Origin: Mytilus trossulus
Lineage: Eukaryota
Assembly: GCF_036588685.1 (NCBI RefSeq)
Contig: NC_086378.1
Span: 91,140,001 to 91,204,000, forward strand
Reading direction: 5' to 3'
Length of the DNA stretch: 64,000 nucleotides
Position numbers and translations under genes: made by a program. The notes under the pieces were generated by a model, which worked only from the letters and a program-made list of their open reading frames with translations, made no database searches and had not been told where the DNA came from. Positions 55,484 through 64,000 of this stretch are shown here, piece after piece. Positions within the stretch are counted from its first letter, which is position 1. The number at the start of each line of letters is the position of its first letter.

Positions 55484-56455
55484 TCAGGAACACTTGGCGA
55501 GCATTTTTTCAAGTTCTTTTGGTAAAGTGGAACCAACATTTATAAACAAACTCTTCAGCACGTTCAGTTCCTTTGTCAACAAGTCCAATTTCTTGTTTAA
55601 TGTTTCGTTTTCGTCCGACAGCTGTTGCACTCTATGTTCAGTTTCAACTTGTTTTATTTTTGCCTTGTCTCTACTTTTTCGGACAGCCACGTTATTGCGT
55701 TCTCTCTTTTCAAAATATTCCGCCGTATCCTTAACAGGTTGGCGTTTCCTTGGGCGGATGGGTCCGTTGCCAGATGGTTTACGTCCAGGTTTATTTCTGA
55801 ACGGACGAATTACCAGGGACTCTTGTGGTGAAGGAACAGAGGATGTCACACTCTCAATTTGATCAGAGAAAGCCGAATCTCTGCTGTTATCTTGGCTAGA
55901 ATCCAACAGATCGTTAGTGTTATCGACTAATTGATCTAGGTACATCACCCCGTTCCCAGTATTAATTTTCTCGTCGTTGGTCATAAAGTAAATGTTATTA
56001 TATAAACTGTCACTTGAAACAATGTTGGTAAAAGTATTGGACGTTACCGTATCAATGGCTGACCTTCCGTTGGCCTGTTGGACCAAATCAAATAATGTGG
56101 TATCCTCTTTGCTCACCAGCGATGATGCAAGAGTTTCAAATTCTTCTTCATTCACGTCTGCTCCTTTTAAAAGTTCTTGAATGTCAACTGATGCTTCAAA
56201 AGATGGATCCAGGTCGAATGGAACTTTGAGGTCACTTTCTGTGACGATTTCAACACCGGAGTCGTACAGGAACGTGTTCGGCAATGTCGAATTTTCTTTG
56301 AGCCATTCTTTCTCTAATATAAAATCGGTAAAATCCGTCTTATTTGGATCTGCTGTAGTTGAAAATTTTAGTGACCCTGAGGTCACAGGAGTCACTGAAC
56401 GCAAATCAAAATTGCGTGTTGCTGTTACTTCAGAAGCACTGTGATATTCAGACAT
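55484..56455 (-). CDS. C/EBP alpha/beta/delta-like bZIP transcription factor, intronless CDS, 323 aa
   Basis: Basic region EYFEKRERNNVAVRKSRDKAK plus leucine zipper. FEASVDIQELL and TLFDLVQQ resemble the C/EBP transactivation boxes. Confidence 0.93.
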   Translation of the reverse strand: MSEYHSASEVTATRNFDLRSVTPVTSGSLKFSTTADPNKTDFTDFILEKEWLKENSTLPNTFLYDSGVEIVTESDLKVPFDLDPSFEASVDIQELLKGADVNEEEFETLASSLVSKEDTTLFDLVQQANGRSAIDTVTSNTFTNIVSSDSLYNNIYFMTNDEKINTGNGVMYLDQLVDNTNDLLDSSQDNSRDSAFSDQIESVTSSVPSPQESLVIRPFRNKPGRKPSGNGPIRPRKRQPVKDTAEYFEKRERNNVAVRKSRDKAKIKQVETEHRVQQLSDENETLNKKLDLLTKELNVLKSLFINVGSTLPKELEKMLAKCS

Positions 56456-56469
56456 ACCCTAGTAAGTTA

Positions 56470-57330
56470 ACTTTCATTCGGAAATTCGGGCTTATATAGA
56501 GGAAATTTCTAAATTCATACGCGTGAAAATTTTGTGAATGAAGTCTTTTACAATTTTAAACAAGCGTCGTTTACAAAAAATATCACAAATTTCACTGCAA
56601 TATATATATATATTAAAGTGGAATATACTTCCAAATTTATATGCAAGAGTGTTATAAAAATAAGTAAATCTAGTTTTCCACGGATTATATTTTCTTGGCT
56701 GCCATTACACGTCATGAAATTCTATAAATAACCTATGATGTATAATATGTCTTTGATTGGTCAGTATTTTAAGATATGACGACCTGCACCAGGTACATTT
56801 GGAATACGTCAAGACTCTAGTCAAAACTCGTCTGAGAAAAAAATATGCTTTTGGGAAACCCCATTCAGTGCGGTACATAGATGTATTGCGCAATAATTCT
56901 TAACATCAACCAGGAACCATAGTTATTTAATTTAAATATTACATTTTAATGTTTAATGACTGATTTATATGTATTGATATTGTAAAAGACAAAAGACATA
57001 ATCTAAGATTTTTTCTTGTCAAAAGACTTATCATTTGATAGAAATTCCGTACATGCGGGTCTGTCTTGTCTAAGGTATTTCCTTCGATGATTGGCCAATC
57101 ACAGTATTGCATCAGACCTAATCCTAGCGAGTTCAAAGAATTTTCTATTACAGCATCCTTAATTTTTCACGTTCTGCCATAATCTGGCCTAGGTAAGAAA
57201 TATTCGTTATTCTTCTTGGTGTCGTCTACAAATTTCTGCACTGCTGCTATATTTTCTGATTAGAAATCAGCAAAATGAAAGTATGTACAGGCTTGTTTTG
57301 GTTTTGAAGTGATTTCGCAATCACACAAAC
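56470..57330. promoter_or_regulatory. Putative bidirectional promoter of the two C/EBP genes
   Basis: TATA on - (56492-56498), TGACGTG on - (56708-56714), kB site GGGAAACCCC (56853), TATTGCGCAATA (56884-56895), TGATTGGCCAATCA (57088-57101), ATTGCATCA (57106-57114), ATTTCGCAAT (57312). Confidence 0.75.
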
Positions 57331-57955
57331 CAACAACATTGGAAAAATAGTGCCAGCAAAATGTTTGTAAACATTCTGTACTTGTAATATGTTTACAATT
57401 ATCTTAACACGTGTAACTAATACACCCGACTGTGAAAAGGCATAGTTGCCACTGCCACTGGGTGTTAAGAGTGAAATACCAATCTATCAAAAGATGAGTC
57501 GAGATAACGGCCTAGCCAAGATCAGATGTGCATTTCATATTGGGTCTATGTTATAGGCTTGTAAAGACAAGGAGATAAACTTTACATAAGTAATACATCT
57601 TTGAACTGAAGACTATAATATAGGGTTTCACAATGAATATCAAATATCATGTATAGGTGTTACCGTTTTGAAAAAAAAACACTAAAATACACGCTGAAAA
57701 TGGGCAAAAATACACGATGAACTGTCCACAATACTGGTATATAAATTTTGTACCAGTATTGTAGCTTTTTTTTTAAAAACAGCAATACTGGTACAATACT
57801 TATATTTTGTCATTGAAGTGTGCCAAAACATGATGAATTTGGTGGGCATAACAATCTTTCTAATTCCACTTCAAATCACATCAACCTGAGACTCACTTAT
57901 ATATATATATATATTTTATAAATGATAAGTTATAAATCATACCAATAAAACTTAA

Positions 57956-58378
57956 ATCCAGGTCCATTCACGTCCATTCATGTTCACGCCCATTCACGTT
58001 CACACCCAATCATGTTGGCACCCTTTCACTTTCGCACCCAAAGTCTGCTTGCGCCCAATTTTTTTTGGTTTTGTGTAATCAAGTTTTGGCAAGTGTATTT
58101 CTATTAGTATAGTTGTTGTCATTATCTCAAAATAAAGTGAGACGTTTTTATTTGTGTTGAATAAAACTTAATCAATCATGTTTTGGAAAGTGTATTGTTA
58201 ATTCTTATTTATCATTGTTTCTAAATAAAGTTAGATTTACATCAAAGCAATCACGATTTTTAAATATTCAACTGGAATTCGGAATTTAAAATTGGGTGTG
58301 AAAGTGTAGGGTGCAAACAGACATTAGGTGCGAACGTGTAGGGTGCAAAAGTGTATTGATTGCGAAAGGACCTGATAC
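57956..58378. mobile_element. MITE with subterminal repeats
   Basis: CAGGTCCATTCAC...GCGAAAGGACCTG imperfect TIRs; TTCGCACC and GGTGCGAA-type repeats. Confidence 0.65.
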
Positions 58379-58879
58379 CATAAAACTTAATTGATGATTA
58401 ATTAGAATTATTACAGTTGTTGAAAACATTCTCTCCAAATCTCACTACAACTAGGAATATGGTGACTTCATTAGAAAACCTTTAAGATCTCAACCTGTTA
58501 ATATACTATTCACAGATCTCCACTGTTATGAAAACATAAATAAGAAATGTAAGAAGATAAAAAGATAAGAATGACTGTGTTTTCTGCAAGGTCTAAATTT
58601 AAACTCTTTGCTATGTAAATTTAGAAAGGTCATTACCATTTATGGTCCCCCTTTTACAAGAGGTTGGCAGTACAAAATGTAATACTATAATATTCACGTT
58701 TTCTGTAAAGCTTAATATACGACCCCAAAAAATTGCTTTTGTATATTGCTATCATTGTCATCTTCGGCTTTGTACACAGACATATTTGGTTTTCTGACAA
58801 TATGAATAAACTTGATTTGAAGTGAATTGTCAGATCTGTATAAAATTTTACCAGTATACATGTATCTAATACCACAAAC

Positions 58880-59790
58880 AGAAAGTTAAGATTGATTTTT
58901 GGGAATATGTTACCAGAGTTATGGAATTGGGGACCAAAAACAAGCATTTTTTAGTTTCCCGACAATTACTTGTGTTTAAGTGTATCTCTCTGAAAATGTA
59001 CTAAAAGTTTCCATATCTCTTGTGTTTAAGTGTATGGATCTCTGTGAAAATGTACTAAAAGTTTCCATATATCTCTTGTGTTTAAGTGCATGGATCTCTG
59101 TGAAAATGTACTAAAAGTTTCCATATCTCTTGTGTTTAAGTGTATGGATCTCTCTGAAAATGTACTAAAAGTTTCCCAACAATTACTTGTGTTTAAACGT
59201 ATGGATCTCTGTGAAAATGTACTAAAAGTTTCCCGACAATTACTTGTGTTTAAACGTATGGATCTCTGTGAAAATGTACTAAAAGTTTCCATATATATCT
59301 CATATGGAAGGATTGGATTGAGTTTTGGAGTAATTGTCCCAAATGTGCAGGAAAGGGCAAAAAAGGGCCTAAAAACAAGCATTTTGCTAGTTTCCAGACA
59401 ATAACTTAAAAGTGGTGAAGTGTATGGCTCACTCTAAAATTGTAGTCAAAGGTTCTATACTACGAAGTTAAGGCTTATTAGTTGCTTATAATTAGGTTTT
59501 AAATGTTTGAGGGTGTTTTTTTTTCTTCCATTTTTTAATTTTCAAATTTTTGAAAAGTTTCAAGAAGAAATCTTAAATTGCACAGTAATAGGCAATGGAT
59601 TTGTAAGATCTTTGACCACATTTATTTTGTGTCAAATTCAGAAACCTATATTATATACACATGTATGTAAAAAAGAAGTTGACCTAATTCCAAATTCAGA
59701 CAGTATATACATTGTATTGTGTCCAAATTTGCCCCAACTGTTTAGGGTTTGACCTTTGCAGTCGTATCCAGCTGTGCTCAGCAAAGCATT
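58880..59790. mobile_element. HINE fragments with a ~47-55-bp tandem expansion (58955-59290)
   Basis: GGATCTCTGTGAAAATGTACTAAAAGTTTCC units; the 59700-59790 end matches the 16908 family. Confidence 0.6.
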
Positions 59791-59909
59791 TTATTTATTT
59801 CAAATTACTTTTTTTTTGTATTTTTCATAGAGATTTTTTGAGAAATCTGGTCATGTTCATTCACTTGATTACATTTTTCTGTATTTTTTAGCACAGACAA
59901 AGAAGCAAG

Positions 59910-60323
59910 ATGGAAGAACATTCCTCTAAAAGACAGTTTACTACCAGTGATGAAGATGGAAGTAGCATGGATGATAACTCGTCAAAATACAAACGAAAAA
60001 AATTAGAAAAAGGAAGTGATGAATATGTTATGAGAAGGGTAAGAAATAATATGGCTGTCAAAAAAAGCCGAGAAAAGAGTCGACAGAAAGCGAAGGAAAC
60101 AATGAATCAGGTTGATAAACTTAGAAAGGAAAATGAGACATTGGAACAAAAAGTTACAATTCTATCAAAAGAGCTAGGTGTGTTGAAGGACTTATTCTTG
60201 GCTCATGCTGGATCAGTTTCACAAAACGAGTGTTCTGGGAATACAGCATCAACATCTGGAATCAAAGAAGAACCTTCAAACTCAGGGGTCAAAGATCACC
60301 AATATTCCACATATTCTGTTTGA
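59910..60323 (+). CDS. CEBPG: C/EBP gamma-like bZIP, 137 aa, single coding exon
   Basis: SDEYVMRRVRNNMAVKKSREKSR...LSKELGVLKDLFLAHA; short with no transactivation domain; splice acceptor just upstream (TTTTTTAG at 59891). Confidence 0.92.
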   Translation: MEEHSSKRQFTTSDEDGSSMDDNSSKYKRKKLEKGSDEYVMRRVRNNMAVKKSREKSRQKAKETMNQVDKLRKENETLEQKVTILSKELGVLKDLFLAHAGSVSQNECSGNTASTSGIKEEPSNSGVKDHQYSTYSV

Positions 60324-60845
60324 CAGTAACCATCATGAATACACACATAAATCATGATCATTATTTTGTAAATGACTGATTGATACCAGTGCTTAGATGT
60401 TTTAGACTTGATTATATGACATTGTTGGTTAATGATTTCAGTTTTTATGTCAAAGTTTTTTTTAATTATTTTTTTATCAAGGATATTAAGTTTATTTTAA
60501 TGTAAAGTAAGCAAAATATTTATATTATAATATATATGTATAACATGTATTTAATGTTGTAAGATACTACTGTTTGTACTGTTAATTTATCTACTTTGTT
60601 ATGTATAATGAAAATAAGTAGAGTTACCAAAGTTTTTATTTTTATTTTCTGAAATTATTCAAGTTCAAAAATGTATTTTAAATTTTTCATGTTTATGCCC
60701 CCGCCATAGTTTATTCCCTAGTCCTTCCATCCAAATATTGGTTTCAGTTCTCTAACTTCAGTTTGCCTCAACCAAACGTTATGAAACTTATACACAATGC
60801 TTATAACAACAAAACACTTTTAAAATTTGAATTTTGGTTGCATCC

Positions 60846-61935
60846 TTTTTATACGACCCCAAAAATTGAAAAATTATTGGTCGTATATTTGGTATGACGT
60901 TTGCGTCGTCGTCGTCCGTCCGAAGACATTTGGTTTTCACACTCTAACTTGAGTACAAGTGAATAGAAATCTATGAAATTTAAACACAAGGTTTATGACC
61001 ATAAAAGGAAGGTTGTGATTGATTTTGGGAGTTTTGGTCCCTACAGTTTTTCAACTGGTTCAAATAAGCATTTTTCTTGCTTTTCGCAAAATAACTTTAG
61101 TATGACATGTATAAGTAAATAGAAATCTATGAAATTTTAACACCAGGTTAATGACCACAAAAGGAAGGTTGGGATTGATTTTTGGGAGTTTTTGAGTAAG
61201 AAGGGGCCAAAAGGGTCCAAAATTTAACTTTGTTTGATTACATCAAAAAATAAATCATCAGGGTTCTTTGATATGCCGAATCTACCTGTGTATTTAGATT
61301 CTAAATATTTGGTCCCATTTTCAAATTGGTCTACATTAAGGTCCAAAGGGTCCATAATTAAACTTAATTTGATCTCAACAAAAATTTAATTCTGGGGGTT
61401 CTTTGGTATGCTGAATCTAAACATGTACTTAGATTTTTGATTATGGGCCCAGTTTTCAAGTTGGTCCAAATCGGGGTCCAAAATTAAACTTTGTTTCATT
61501 TCAACAAAAATTAAATATATATGGGGTTCTTTAATATACTGGATCTAACCATGTATTTAGATTTTTAATATTTGGGCCTGGTTATCAAATTGGTTCACAT
61601 TGAGGTCTAAAGGGTCTAAAATTGAACATTATTTGATTTCATCAAAAATTGAATTCTTGGGGTTCTATGATATGCTGAATCTAACCATGTATTTAGATTT
61701 TGGATATTGGACCATAATACATTGTAAAAAGTAAATTTCCAATTTAAAATTTTTAAGTTTTAAGTTCTTAGACCACATTCATATTGTGTCAGAAACCTAT
61801 GTTGTGTCCACTATTTAATCACAATCCAAATTCAGTGCTGTATCAAGCTTAAATGTTGTGTCCATATTTGCCACAAACTGTTCAGGGTTCGACCTCAGTT
61901 GTCGTATAAAGCTGCACCCTGCTGAGCATCTTGTT
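60846..61935 (+). mobile_element. HINE, inverted relative of 16908-19118
   Basis: TTTTTATACGACC...GGTCGTATA stem, (GTC)n, tandem core, GTCGTATAAAG followed by a degenerate hairpin. Confidence 0.8.
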
Positions 61936-62654
61936 ACTGTTCTAGAGTTACAAATGTACATGTATGCGCCTTTACAAATAAAATAAATTGCTTGGCAGGG
62001 CACTGCTTGATATGACTGCAGAGGTCCAACCCTTAACATTTAGGGCAAGTATAGACACAACATTTTTTTAAATTTGGATTGTGATTTTAAAAATAGTTGA
62101 CACAGCATAGGTTGCTGAAACAGAATGAATGTGGTCTAAGAACTTAAAATTTTTAAAATGGACATTTACCTTTTATAGTCCAATATCCATGAAATTCAAA
62201 ATCTAAATACATGGTTAAGTTCACCACATCAAAGAACCTCAAGAATTCAATTTTTTTATGAAATTTTTTTTAGATCTCAATGTGGACCAATTTTATAAGG
62301 GGTCCCAATATAAAAAATCTAAATAGATGGTTACATTCAGCATATCAAAGAACCACTTAAATTCAATTTTTTGTTGAAATACAACAAAAGTTTAATTTTA
62401 GACCCCAATTTGGACCAACTTAAAAACTGGGCCCATGTTCATATTCAGCATTTAATGTAGACCAATTTGAACCTTAATGTAGACCAATTTGAATAAGGAC
62501 CACTGTTTGGACCAAAACCCCCCAAATCAACCCCAACCTTTCTTTAGTGATTATTAACCTTGTGTTAAAATTTTATTGATTTCTATTTACTCATACTAAA
62601 GTTAATAACCTGAAATCTTTGTCGCTGACAACAACGAGATACCAATATACAACA

Positions 62655-63610
62655 AAACAAGAGTGCACACACTATATGTCTCGCCTTCTTTACTAATCAT
62701 TGATATTATGTTGATAGACCTAAATATAAAGCTTTATTACAACTGTCACATAAACTCAACATTAACCAAGAAAACGAAACATTGATCAATGGACCATGAA
62801 AATGAGGTCAAGGTCAGATGAACCATGCCAGGCAGACATGTACAGCTAACAATTCTTCAATACAACAAATATAGTTGACTTACAAATGTATTGCTTATCA
62901 ATTAAGAAAAACAGACCAAAACACAAACACTTGACCCTTAGAAATGGACCCGTGAAAATGAGGTCAAGGTTAAATTAAACCTGCGTAACAGACATGGATC
63001 ATAAAATATTTCCATACACCAAATATAGTTGACTGAATGCATAAAGTATTAGAAAAATAGACCAAAACACAAAAACATTACTATAACCACTGAAAAATGA
63101 ACATGAAATCAAGGTCAGAAGACCTGCCAGTTGGACATGTACATCTTACAGTCCTTCCATATACCGAACATACTAGATCTAAATTAATGCTTATAGTATC
63201 TGAGATATAGACTTGACCACCAAAACTTAACCTTGTTCACTGATACATGAAATGAGGTCGAGGTCAAGTGAAAACTATCTTACGGGCATGAGGACCTTGC
63301 AAGGTACGCACATACCAAATATAGGTATCCAATAACTTATTCATGTTATTATAAGAGAAAATTTAACATTACAAAAAAATCTGTAACTTTTTTCCCCCCA
63401 AGTAGTCACTGAACCATGAAAATGAGGTTAAGGACATTGGACATATGACTGACGGAAAGTTCGTAACATGAGGCATCTAAGTATGAAGCATACATGTCTT
63501 CTACCTTCTGAAATAAAAAGCTTTTAAGAGGTAGGCTAATGACGCCGCCGCTGCATCACTATCCCTATGTCGGGCTTTCTGCAACAAAACTTGCAGGCTC
63601 GACAAAAAAA
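62655..63610 (-). mobile_element. HINE with ATGAGGTCAAGGTCA-type core repeats
   Basis: AACAAGAG end, repeated AAATGAGGTCAAGGT, GCC microsatellite and GTCGGGCTT...GGCTCGAC palindrome followed by an A run. Confidence 0.7.
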
Positions 63611-64000
63611 AAATCTATTTTTGGGGTCGTTTAAAAATTGCTCAATTCTCCTTTCTGTTCTCTATTAAACGTAAGTTTGCCTCAACTAAATGTTATGAAA
63701 CTTAAACAGTATGCTAAATACGCAGATCAAGTTTAAATTTTAGTGCTTGCCCTTATATTTTTTTAAAATTTTTATATGACCACAAAAAATTATTTACTTG
63801 TCTATAAGTATTTCAATTGCTCTGAAATTGTACGACAATATTTAATACCACAAGTAGAAGGTTTGGATTCATTTTGGGGGTTATGGTGCTAACAGTTTAG
63901 GTATTTTAAAAGGGTCAAACACTAGGATTTTTGTAGTTTCTTGACAATAACTTATGTGTAAGTCAAAGGATCTCTCATATATTATACCACAAGGTTCCAT

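Noticed and set aside
55048-56444. Antisense or overlapping ORFs around the C/EBP gene
   Set aside because: Shadow frames and 3' UTR ORFs with no domain signal

Overview
AT-rich, repeat-dense eukaryotic DNA. The repeat families, Helentron-type non-autonomous elements (HINEs) and genes look like a bivalve mollusc, probably Mytilus; this is inferred, not verified. Host genes: a three-coding-exon DUSP3/VHR-like phosphatase (- strand, 19355-21140) and a head-to-head pair of C/EBP bZIP genes (alpha/beta/delta-like at 55484-56455 on -, gamma-like at 59910-60323 on +) with a motif-rich shared promoter. The best novelty candidate is a ~7.6 kb element (26091-33690). It has Helentron/HINE-type ends (13-bp subterminal inverted repeats, terminal hairpin, insertion in an A/T run, no TSD seen) but carries an intact THAP-HTH-DDE Harbinger/ISL2EU-type transposase instead of a Rep/Helicase. 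Other content: a ~49-copy minisatellite built from the DUSP splice acceptor, a degenerate Gypsy pol, several HINEs (one nested pair), palindromic MITEs with clear TSDs, a tRNA-derived SINE, LINE remnants and many tandem arrays. All calls were made by eye, without database searches.
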